Source: Saccostrea echinata
Lineage: Eukaryota
NCBI RefSeq assembly: GCF_033153115.1
Contig: NW_026889767.1
Coordinates: 4,774,001-4,838,000 of the forward strand
Direction: 5' to 3'
DNA: 64,000 bases
Positions 34,981 to 47,518 of this stretch are shown piece by piece. The translations under genes were made by a program, and so were the position numbers. Below the pieces are notes generated by a model. That model did no database searches. It worked only from the letters and a program-made list of their open reading frames with translations, and was not told the origin of the DNA. Positions within the stretch are counted from its first letter, which is position 1, and the number at the start of each line of letters is the position of its first letter.

Positions 34981-37900
34981 ACTAATTCAAGTTAGCGCTT
35001 TAAACTTCTTGGCTGTTGTCCGAGTAAGCTGCTGTGATGTAAAGTCAAAAGGAACGCTAAGGTTTTACCCATCCTCTTGTATAACAATTGTTTACAATTT
35101 TTACGAATACTGCTTAGTGGTTAAATTTTTTAAACACATATACAAAAAAGTATTTGAAATTACTGTTGCAAATGTTCACTGAAAGGCAGCTTGCCTCTAC
35201 CTTCCCAACATTTTTTTGTTGCAGCATATTCATACCCCCCCCCCCCCCCATGTGTTTTTCGAGAGAGTCAAAAAGTTTAAATCTTCCCTCCCATTCAGGA
35301 AATAAGAATTTTGAGCTTGAACACCCCCTTTTTTTCCTTGTGAAAGATTATTCAGGTAAGTTGTAATTTATTTTTTCTGACTACCCCCCCCCCTCTTTTT
35401 TGAAAAAAGTTCTTCTGCTTGTAATCGCTGAGGAAAAAAAAAGTTACATTCCAATGTTTATTCTGAGCCCCCCCCTTTTTTTAAAGTTCTTCTGTCTGTA
35501 ATAGCTGAGGAAAAAATGTTACATTCCACTGTTTATTCTGTGACATTAATCAAGCCAAAGAGATGACATTTCAGGCTTTCTGGAAAGCCAAACTTGTTAT
35601 CACATTGAGATTACAATGGTACCACGAAACAATATGGACACAAGTTTCAATTGACCTCTTTTTTTCCCTTTGAACTTATTTGAATTAACAGTTTGTTTTA
35701 TTAATAAAGAAGTCATAATATAAACAATTGGATATACTCCTGTTACATAAAAAGAATTAAACTCTATTTTAAAAAAGGACATTTAAGGAATGTTTTTAAG
35801 TTTTGTGTGAGTTATTGGTGTGTAAATCACACAGACTTGTCACGTAGGCATATTTCATGAAGCGCGCTAATTTCGCCGTGTATATTTCTACGCGTGAGTA
35901 TACACAAAAATGACTTTCAAATCAATTTCAAAGTTGGATTAGTAGAAAAACACACTAAATGTAAATATTTTAAAATAAATCTATAAATTTATACCATATT
36001 AAAATCTGCTAAGGTACTATGAAACATAAAGACAATTTAAGCACTGATCTCCTGTAAGTAACGGCTTACAATGCTGTTAGCTAAAAATTTTATTCGCTAC
36101 TTTGCTTTCCATATCCATATCCAACAAATAATGTTTTATAGATTGAAAAATCGCAAATCAGAAAATTATCTGCATGTTGATTACGTCAGATAAAATTAAT
36201 TTTTTTTTTTTTACTCTTGTCCCATTTACCCCTCTAAAAGTGTCTCGTTCTATTGTTTTAATTTTTTTGTATTCTTAAACATATACTTCATAAAATCAAG
36301 ATCACAATTTTTTGACTTATTCCCGATATGTATGTGAAAAAATTACATTAGGCTATTTGTGAGAATGAAGAAAAATCGGCGAGGAATCCAATGTAAATGT
36401 ATGCATGTATCGAGAATTAAGTTAGAGTTTACATCTTATCATACAGAGATTTGAACACAAAAAAGTACTGCGAAAAAGAAATGAAAGGTCTAAATTACAA
36501 CGTTTAGAGGCAAACGGCACTTGTGTGTTATTTCATCTGATTAAAAAAAAGATTGCCGGCAGGCTTGTAAGGAATTTTTAGAGTTTAATCGTGCTACAGA
36601 AAATAGTGCACCAGGCCTGTTAAGAACTGGGGGATGTATATACTATACACCAGAAAACAAAGCTAATTTGGCAGTTGCATGTCTAATAATCATTTCATTG
36701 GTATTGAATTATTATAATACAATTCATAGGTCATTTGAAAGCAGATAATTTTTGTTTTACACTATGTTTAATCGATATCGATCAATTGTTTTAGTATTAA
36801 ATTTATTAATCAATTTACCAAATAATTACTGTCATTTGTGTATTAAATTATTGATTCATAGAGGTTGTGTGTTTTCAATTTATTTCGTGGTTCCTTCGCG
36901 AGTTCGGTCCCGAAATGACGGCGAATATAAGCTCTTCGCGTAATTCCTGCGGCACAGTTAAAATTTGAAATGATGGAGAACCCTGTTTAGTTTTGGCTTT
37001 CCTTTGTTGAACTCGAATCAGATACATTACTCACAAAATAGTATGTGGAACCTTTAATAAAAAGAATTATAATTTTCTCACACACTCTTTGTAAAAAGTA
37101 TCGAACCATATATAAAATATTAGACCTTATAGAGGACAAACAAAGTATCAAATCACTAATGGTGGCCTGAGATATATTTTTTAAAATTCTTAAACAAAAA
37201 GACTCCGAGGGAAGATGTTGAGACATCGAATCTTACGATTTTTGCGTGACTGGTTTTTAAAATTTCTTTAGAGTTAAAATTCTTGAGAATTCTTAAGATT
37301 TTATACTAAATTTAACAATTTTTAATTAGAAAAAATTAATATTCCCATTAAAAAATCAGTTGAGTTTCATATAAACTTCAAGCCAAAATATTTTCGATAT
37401 GATTTAAGCATTGATAAAAGATGGGAAATCTTAATCTGAGAAAGGAAGAGGGGGAATTTGATTTTCCTCTATCGTGAGATTTCCCCTCCGGGGAAATCCT
37501 GCTCTAGAGTACAGATTCTGGGGGGAAAGCTGGCTATGGGGGAAATCCTACTCTACAACACCGGTATCTTGAAATAGGTTTTTAGACATTTCTTTTTATT
37601 TTGATTGATCAAAATTAATATTTTTTCTATGAGTATGTATGTAGATATCTAATTCCACATTCTTTCTCAACTGAGTATGACGAAAAAGCATACCAAATTT
37701 AAATTGAAGAGCAAGTTTTAAATGGGCAATGTTGTTACATAGAGTAGTACGACCTCATTATGATGCCTTTAAAAATATCTTGTTAGCGGAAAGATGTAAT
37801 GTTGACATTTTTGTGAAGCGGGATGAGAGACATAAAATCAAATATGCTAAGTCTTTGTAAACAGAAGTAAATCTGTAGATAAATTAATTATCAAACTTTT

Positions 37901-39954
37901 TACAGAGCTATTAATTTAAAGTGGAAGGAAATAAGACATTAGCATTCATGCATGAATTCTGCTCAATTCCTCGCCTAATCCATTTTGTTAAAAATTCTCT
38001 CTTTTTAACGGGATTAGTAAATGTGTTCAGAAATGGGAATATTCCTAGCAAAAATAGTCAAGAAGACCTTGTACATAATTTGCTGAATGGATGTTTCCCG
38101 CTAAACACCAAACGTGCAAAACAATCGATACACAAGGTTAGCTGAGAGTCTTGCAGTCAGGGAAATACAGAAAGTTTCTTTCAAGTCTTGTGATGGTATA
38201 TGATTTGTTTTATCCATCATGTTGTGTTCCTTACAAGTCACTGTTTGTTAAATCAAATTTAAATTAACCAATCGCTTTCTTATTTATATTATAATGCTGT
38301 GCATAATAAATAATAAAGCATAGAACAAGTTTTAGTTAGACTGCATCACGATCATAATGATGACCTCCAATTAATTTCTTTTGAGCGCGGACATCAGAGA
38401 AATTAAGTTCGTCTCAGACTAAAGCCACTTGATTACAATCGTTGAACATTGACGACATTTTCAAATTTTGTATGTCTTCATAACTTATAATTATCATTAG
38501 ATTGAAAAGCGATTCCTTTTCAATGTTTTGGGGCCTTTGTGGCAAGTGGATTATTGTGTACATTCCGATTGGATTGGATTGGATGTCTGATGCAAAAAAT
38601 TGAATTAGGTAGTCAGTTGCATCAGGCATCCATAGGAATATCCACAGATCCGTGACTTGCAACGACTATTGAGGGATATATATATATCAAGTGTTAAATC
38701 TGCTCTTGATATAAACTGCCTCATCTTTAATGCGTGTATATAGAGAAGCACTGAGGTATTTTCCGAATTCATATAAAACAGTACAAATTTCTCACTTAGA
38801 ACAATCTATGTCTTTAATTCAACATCTAGAACGACGAAGAGCAGTACAGTCTATAGGTAGATCGAGTCGTGTCTTTAATCTAACATTGACCAGAGAGTAT
38901 GCATGAAGAAGCATGTCCTCTGATTGGAGCAAATAGTATCAGTACGAGCTAGTTTCATTAGAATGAATCGTCTAAATCTTTGTTCATGAATTTCAAATTA
39001 CGCAATCGCACTTGCAGTTTCACTCCAACGTAAATAGTCAGTCCGGTGGATGACTAAATTACTATAATGAGAAACAGCGTCATTGTAGGGTAGTTAGAGG
39101 AAATTAGGTTTTGGCTATGTGACGAGTCAAGCACTTCTTTAAAAAAAAAAATCAACATTACGGTTAAAATCAAAATACATTTAAATTGAAATGGTGAGAT
39201 TTGAAACTTCTTGACTGGCATAATTTACCGCTTTCCGAAAACCAATGAACCGGTAAACTTTATCCTTAAGGGAAGTGTACTTAAGAAAGAAATTCTCACG
39301 TATGCAAAGACAAATGTAACTGTATAAACGTTTGCATCTCGAGGTATTAATACATCAAAACAATGCTCGTTAAATCTTAACGTTTAGAAAGATTTACGCA
39401 AAGCTGTCAGTGCATTGCAGGGCGTGATGTGTGCACAGGTACATGTAGTTAAATCTGCCGGATGCCTCATATGGAATGAACTGTGATCGACCGAAGCCGA
39501 TCAAAAAAATTCCATAATGATTATTGTACAATGATTGCAGTAACATTGTTTTGTTTCTTTGGATGCATAGATTCTTGAATGAAAACTCCCCATACTTTTT
39601 TGGTTCATATAAAGAAAGTCTTCCTATACCATCCAGTGATAATAATTAAGGTTCATTCTAAATGCAAAATGCAAGAATTAAATACAAGATATACAAACAA
39701 ATATTTATATAAAAAAATCTTTATTGTTACCACTTTTACTCATCGGTTACAATGAAAATTGTTCTAAATGGCATTCAATCAAATATTCATTTGTAAGATA
39801 CAAAGATTGTATTTTATTTTAAATAAATATTTTATAACCACACTATCATTGTAAATCGCTCTGTAGATATTTAATCCGTAATACTATCTATATTGAATCC
39901 CTAAATATAGCATGATGCCAGAGTTATATATTGAAAAATAAAATCTTTGCATTG

Positions 39955-40398
39955 AAATATATGGAGAAAACGAACAGTATTCAAGCTCAAAAGTCCTTTT
40001 AACAATAAAAAATAGGAGCAGAGCAAACACGGACCTCCAAAACATCAGAGGTGGGATCAGGTGCCATGGAGGAGTGAGCATCCCCTGCCGACCGGTCACA
40101 ACCGCCGTGCGCTCCTTGTCATAATCGGGAAATAACGGAAAAATCCGTTGACAATTCAGTGTGTAAATAATGGCCTAACAACTGGTATGAAAAACGTCAG
40201 TCAGCATTTGACTCAATGATAAACTGTAATTGCTGACAAAGTCATTGTATCGACCATAGAACTTACGAAATGATAACTTTAAACGAGACTGCTGATATTC
40301 TTGTTTCATCAACTTGTTTGATAATAACTTACCTCGTTTAAGAAGTTGTACATACGTAGACCATACTCTTGCGAATCGAATCAACTGAGAGATATAAT
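39955..40398 (-). mobile_element. 3' fragment of the same Naiad-type Penelope-like family
   Basis: SQLIRFARV...FRKFYGRYND...TDVFHTSC* plus a 3' UTR matching 27250-27690. Confidence 0.9.
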
Positions 40399-41118
40399 AC
40401 CAAAATATAATTTTTTTTCAATATTAGGATCAATAGTAGCACAGGGGATAAAGAATAATGGGAAGAAAACTAAAAGCTAATCTTGGTTGTAAAAGCGTCT
40501 GATGTAAAATAAGATATAATAAGATTATTAGATTGAACCTATAATTGTTGCACCCAAAAGGGCGCAAACAAAATATTGCTTTTGCTGTGCACGTTTTATA
40601 GCGTCTGATTTTAATTTTTGTTTTAAGTCCCCAGCGCACTTAGGTTTAAAAGAAATACCCATTTAAATCCCTGTTTTTATTTTGAAATGAATCCAGAACT
40701 ATTAACAACTGAACACTCAACTGCATTAGAATATACAATCTTTGATCCCTATAGACTAATATTTGGCATACTTTCTGAGGCTCATAAGTTATTTAATATA
40801 TCTTTTAAACTGACAGCTATAACATGAAATGATTATCATTTAATAAGAAACATGTACAGCTGTAACTCAATTATTCTCCAAACTTTCATCATTGGAATTT
40901 TGAAAATTTCGCTTGTTTAATTTTCTCTCCCCCGAACGTAGATTTAAAATTTTTAGTTGACGTTAAACATAATCAATTCGCAGGAGGACGCTTTACTTTT
41001 TTCATGAATTTATCATTATTGATAATATTTTTGTAACAGAATCTGGTTTTTCTGTAAGTCTTAGGTACCACTCAAGGCCCAACGTAACCGAATTTCGTTA
41101 CACGGTACATATGTAATT

Positions 41119-42792
41119 AAACAATAGGCCTATGGGCCATAACACTCACCTGAGTCACTTTTATCGTACTATAATTCTTCAACAGCTGGTACTCCTATTT
41201 ATTTTCATATTGTGAAACAAAATCTAGCCTAGGAGAGCTATGATTAAATCGAAGTTGAATCCACAAAATATTTGGATGCTTCACTTTCAATAGAATCAAA
41301 AGTGATCTGTTGTTCTGGAGAAGATTTTTTTCCTGTACCCACGCATTATAAGAAATATGTGGAGATAACGAACAGTATTCGAGCTCAGAAGTCCATTAAA
41401 CATTACAAAATAGGAGCAGAGCAAACACGGACCTCTAAGACATCAGAGGTGGGATTAAGTGCCATGGAGGAGTGTGCATCCCATGCCGACCGGTCACACC
41501 CGCCGTGTGCTTCTTGTCATGATCGGGAAATAACGGAAAAATCCTTCGACAATTCAGTGTGTAAATAATGGCCTAACAACTAGTTATGAAGAAAGTCGGT
41601 AAGCATTTGACTTAGTAAAAGATTGTATTTGCTGACAAGGTCATTGTATCGACCATAGAACTTACAAAATGATAACTTTAAACGAGACTGCTCATTTTCT
41701 TGTTTTATCAACTTGTTTGTCAATAACTTACCTCGTTTTAGAAATTGTTCATACGTAGAGCATGCTCTAGCGTATCGAATCAACTGAGAGATATAAACCC
41801 CGTATACAGGGGGTAAGGGTATATTGCTGTATAAGTAAGGGAAGTTGACGATTGAAAAGTTAAAGTCATCAAGTTTATCATAAAGCTTTGTTGTTAGATT
41901 ACCATTTACGTCTTTTTCTAATAAAATATCAAAATATGAAACAGATGTGGCAGACTGTGTGGTATCTTTTATCTCAAGCTCACTGGAATATACCGTGTCG
42001 ACATAAGAATGGAAATAACCATTGTCAATTGACAATACGTCGTCGATATCTATATGCCGAGTTGAAGGCCATAGCAAGTGTTTTCTTCTTTTCACGTAAA
42101 AGATTTTGAACAAGTTCTGCTTCATATGAATACAAAAATAGGTTTGCTAATAATGGGGCGCAAATTGGTACCCATGGGAATTCCAATAGATTGTTGGAAG
42201 ACTTGGTCTCCAAAAACCACATAGATATTGTCAATCAGAAACCTGAGCATCTTTTTAATGTCAACTTCAGAGTACTTGTATGTACAATCAGATTGTTTTT
42301 TTAAAAAGTAATTTTGCAAAACGAAAAGAACGAAATGTTATCTACACTGCCTGAGGATGTTTCAGTATAAATATGTCTAATCAGGGCTTTGCTGTTCTTA
42401 AGAAGAAGATTTTTAAATATTTTCCCCTATATATAAACATGTAAAAGTTGAATCTAAACCACTTGAGAATGCTTCCATATAAATATGACCAATCATAGCT
42501 TTGCCTTTCTAAATTGAGAAGAAGATTTTCGAAGATTTTTCCTTTATACTCCTATGTTAAACTATGATCGTCCACTGTGGTTCCACCCTACCTCCCGTGG
42601 TTATGATTCGAACAAATTTGAATCTACACTACCTGAAGATGCTTCCACACAAATATGACTCATCATAGCTGTGCTGTTCTGGAGAAAAAGATTTTAAAGA
42701 TTTTTCCTATAAACTCCTATATAAAACTTTGATCGTCCATTGTGGTCCCACCCTACCCCCGGGGGTCATGATTTGTTGAATCCCCTTCAGCA

Positions 42793-42827
<35 letters not shown>

Positions 42828-42900
42828 CCAGTAGTTCTGCAGAAGATGAAAATGTGAAAAGTTTACAACGATAACGCCAAAGACGACAACGACAACGACA

Positions 42901-42931
<31 letters not shown>

Positions 42932-42960
42932 TCTTGAGCATTCGACTCAAGTGAGCTAAA
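41119..42960 (+). mobile_element. Helentron/HINE-like element interrupted by a Penelope-like copy
   Basis: aacaataggcctatgggcc...ctcacctgag start, core repeats (tgaatctacact.cctga.gatgctt), (acgaca)n, end gatcagaaaagctctcttgagc...ctcaagtgagctaaaa. Confidence 0.8.
41350..42318 (-). mobile_element. Truncated, frameshifted Naiad-type Penelope-like RT copy
   Basis: QQSIGIPMGTN, IDDVLSI, LYDKLDDFNFSIVNFPYL, SQLIRYARACS; 3' UTR as in the other copies. Confidence 0.9.
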
Positions 42961-43204
42961 AATAACACGATACCAGTGTAGCGAAAATGATCGTATGCAC
43001 GCAAAGTGCTTTACCAAACCAAGAATTCTTATAACAAGAGTTTGCAAATTTATCAACAGCACAAAATATTTACATTTATATATTTACAAGAAACTGAAGT
43101 ACTTATGACCTAATGTATTACTAATGGGCCTCAATAAAAATATTGCCTACCTAACAGGTGTAAAAATTCCAGATCCAGTCCTACTCTATGCTAAGCCTGA
43201 AGAG

Positions 43205-44135
43205 CTAAAGCAGTCCCAGAGCAGTCCCACAGCTTTCCAAGAGCAGTATCAGTCCCAGCGGTCCCAGAAAGCAGTCCCAGCAGTCCCAATAGGCGGGGTT
43301 AAAAATTTAAAGGTCGGGGCTCAGTCATAACTGAGATTACACACTGTATCAACAATGTCAGTTATATAAAGGCAGTTGAAATTTAATGACACACTTCTTT
43401 TTTTAGTAGAAAAAGTGTTACATGTTACATGTACATGTACAGCATATTAACAGTTCTTATGTGAAAATAATTTCTGAATAATTAACAAAACTACAGTATA
43501 TATAAAATAAAATAGTAATAGAAGAAAAGAGACTTTCACACTAAATAATTACATTTGTGGCATATTAATTTGAAACCAAATTAAACCATTATTTATTAAA
43601 TTTTATTTATTGATAATGGTTACCGAAAAAATACATATTTTTTTTTCTTTATAGAAAATTAACCATGTGCTAGATAAAACGGATGACTTATTTTTAGACA
43701 TGAATTTAATGACTTTGAAATACAATTACGGAGCAAGACCGATTCGAATATTATAAATCATACGTTTTTCATTGAGGTTGAAGCTTGAGAAAATATACAT
43801 GTGTATCATGAATCTGATGACAGTTTTATCAAATTTTGCTTACTAATGTATTCTGGCTATCATTTTCATTGACTTGTCGATATAATTGTTGTAAGAATCT
43901 TTATGCAACGTAAAACAATTTCACTAAAGTACGTATTTTCCGAGCCCATACATCAGTGTGCATGTACATGTAAATCATGCAAGTGACTACCTCAGATATT
44001 TTAGAAATTGAATAATCCTGAAATACATTTTTATCTTATTTAAAACAAATGCTTTGCAATCTGAAGAACGAAATAAATGCCATTGTTGGCCAGCATGGTA
44101 AGTGATGTGTAGAAATGATACCCAAATAACACACG
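43205..44135 (+). mobile_element. Diverged partial copy of the 54513-56501 element
   Basis: gcagtcccaga repeats followed by colinear blocks (ggcggggttaa, aaggcagttgaaatt, gtggcatattaattt, ccagcatg...tgatacccaaataac) shared with 54540-55405. Confidence 0.75.
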
Positions 44136-45899
44136 TGGACTGTCTGCTATTCATGCCCAAAGGCGACTGAAAACATACATCCCTACTAATTTTATTGTGA
44201 TTTAAATTCAAGACAAGAGGTGTATTTTGACCCTTTCAAAAGTTATAGGGTAGAACCGGTTTTATAAATAAATTGGCAGTAAACAGGAAATTGCTATAGC
44301 CTGTTTCTTTTGAAAACATTTCCTATGAAAAATGTGTTTCCAGGCCTTTCTGAAAGATTTTCATGATATTAAACAGAAAAGACAAGAGGGGGGGGGGGGT
44401 GTTAAAAATCACAATCTACTCAATCTTCGCTTTTGTGATACTTTACGGCGAAAACTGGAGCTTAGTACTGACACTATTTCCAAAATCGCCCGAAACACTG
44501 GTAGAAAAAAGTGTAATATGTCTTCTACAATGACAAACCTTTGTTTACCTTATACGGCTATTGTCATTAATGCGCACAGAGGAACTTACCACGAACAATA
44601 GACCAAGCGTTGAATGAATCAGAAGACTGCAAAACTTTAAAAAAAAAAAAATCCAAAAAAAAAACTTTTTGAAAAAATGCAAAGATTAGAAACTATAAAA
44701 GATTTAACGGGTGTTTGTATATTTTTGTTATGTTGTTTTAACAAGAAAATGTACATAAAAAAACGTAGGCTGTGCCACGTTAAGGACACTAGCGCTTCAA
44801 CAGTTCATGGAAAACGAGCGACATCCCTTAGGCATATAAATGGACAATTTTTTTATTTTACATTACAATACCCATGATCACGTGTTTTGGGCCAGGAAAC
44901 CAACCTGACAATTGTATTCACCGACAATACATCAAAGGAATACAGACGCAAATCGCCTTACAGAATGGCTTTGAGAAACCTAGAATTCCACGTTTGTTTA
45001 ACAATAGAATTGTTTGTAATTGTGAGCATGGAAATAACAATGGACAGATTGCTTTTCATCTTCATAATGCATGGAGAAAAAATTCTTTGTGCCTCTCCGA
45101 TCGCCTGTATATGTGTTGTTTTTTTTTTCTTTTCAAGTGTGAAATCATTGTAGTATCCGTAGTAACCCACAATGCAATTCAAATGCCAGAGCTACTGCGA
45201 ACTCCTCGGGTTTTATAATTTGCTCTTTCCTCTTTCCGTTATTGATTGACTTTAAAAGAGAAAGGAATAATCAAGTTATATAAAAAATATTCCCCATCAA
45301 TAACCCACTGAAGCTTAAACCAACAATCAATACATCTGAATATAACATCAACATTATACGATAATATATATAATATTCGTATCATACGAATGGAATGTAA
45401 AACATATAAGAGTTTCCGTTCACGTCAGCTCAAGTTTGTGGCATTTTGATGTCATATGCTATTATGAAGTTACATCTATGTAGTTCAGAGAAGTATAGGT
45501 TGTACACTGTAATATCGCTTACGAAAATTTACTATAGTAACTATAGTTTATTATAGATAGCTATACTTAACTGTAGTAAATACTCTGATACTTTTAATTA
45601 ATTTACTATTATGAAACTTTATTTTAGAACAGTTTTTTGAGATTTTCATATTTAAAATCTCTAAAATTCAATACTACTGATCTGATTTTTTTCTGAATAA
45701 TATGTCAATAATCAAGTGATATTTCCATTTAATACAACAAATATGCATTTATAAACTATAGAACATAAAATATAACAATCTGACATCCGTAGTAAAATAC
45801 TCTGATTTACTATGATAATTTGATTTACTATAGTAAAAACTTTGATACTACAGTTAACCATTTTAAACTATAGTTCACTATAGATAAGTGTATTTTTTA

Positions 45900-46890
45900 A
45901 GGATCCTATCCTAGCCACGTATCCACAAATACTTGCATATTTATATCTATCTTGGTCCAACACTACCTGAGAATACATTAAATGATTTTTTTATTATGTT
46001 TTTCTATGCAAAACTGTGATCACTTATTGTGATCTTACCGTATCCCTAGAGGCCTTGATTTGAGGAAACTTGAACCTGTACCATCTGAAATGCTTGTATA
46101 TTAATATCTAAAATCATGGCTCTCCCGTACCTGATAGAAAGATTTTTTAACATTTTTGTTTTGCATTATCTATCATGTGTTTTGGCCCCACCAAATCCTT
46201 AAGGCCATGCTTTGAAAAAACTTGATTCTTTATTACCTGAAGATGCTTGCATATTAATATGACTGATAATGATGAAACTGTTCTTGAGAAGAAGACTTTT
46301 TTAAAAAAAAAAATGCACATTAAGATTCCCATGTAAAAATTTGTTTTTAAATGTGACTCTGGATCAACCCTAGGATTTGAATAAAACTATATCGGAACTA
46401 CCTGAGGATGCTTGCATATTAATGTAAGTTAAAATGACTAAGCTGTTTTTAAGACAAAGGTTTTATAAGATTTTCACCTAAATATTTTCATTTTAATGAT
46501 GAACTCATTCTGTAGTCCAACTCTATGTACGGGACCAAGATTTGATTAAACTTTAATCTACACTTCCTGTTTGCTTTTAAAAATGACTAAGCACGACCTT
46601 GTTATTCTTGGAAAGAAGATTTTAAAAGATTTTTCCGATGTAAAATTCTGATTTCTTACTGTGGACAAACCCTATCCCTTGGGTCCATGGTTTAATAAGT
46701 TTACTTGAATTTACACTATGTCAGGAAGCCTTCATATAAGTATCATCTTATTACATGTAGCCCATCAAATTTTCACGAATTCTTAATTGCATGCCATTCA
46801 CTTTAATAAACTTAAATTGAATTCCCTTTAGGGTATTTTGTGGCAGGTTTTATTGAATTTCGATCAAAAAAGCTCACTTTAGCTTTTTGC
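45900..46890 (+). mobile_element. Decayed HINE-like satellite array
   Basis: Degenerate cctga.gatgcttgcatattaat units and a gatcaaaaaagctcactt end. Confidence 0.55.
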
Positions 46891-47518
46891 AAAATAATAT
46901 TTTAAAAATGAAATAAAGGACATAAATAAATATTGTTCTTTTTCAATGAAATACATAGTATTAATATTTTCTTTAGTTCTTTCTAATTCTTTATGAGTTA
47001 AGGACCCTCTCTACACCAGTGCAAAATATTTTTTGGATATTGAGAAAAATATATTATATAAAGGTGCTAATATTGAGCTTTTCTATTTAATATTCACTAT
47101 ATGGTACCTGGCATTTACCCCCAGGAAAAATGTTTAAACACAACACAGTATCAGTGAATAGAAATCACTGTTGTTTACCTTCATATTGAAAATACATGTA
47201 AATAACATGTTCAATTAATTTATCTTGGCCTTTTAAAATGTTAGGAATACTTGAATTGATTACAAATTGAGTAATGTACTGTAAATTTCTATTTTTTAGA
47301 ATTTAAATCTAAGGGCAGATCACTCTAACTGCAGAAAAATACCATAGAATCAGAACTCTTTAGTGTGCAGTGTACAGAGGGTTCTTAATAAACTAAATAT
47401 GAATGATTTTCCAATCAAAGAGTGACATCTTCATAATTTTTCTTTTAGACGTTTTACAAAGCACGAAAAAAGGATTCTTATGAAGAGTTAAATAATTTTT
47501 TATTTCAATTTCAGATTA

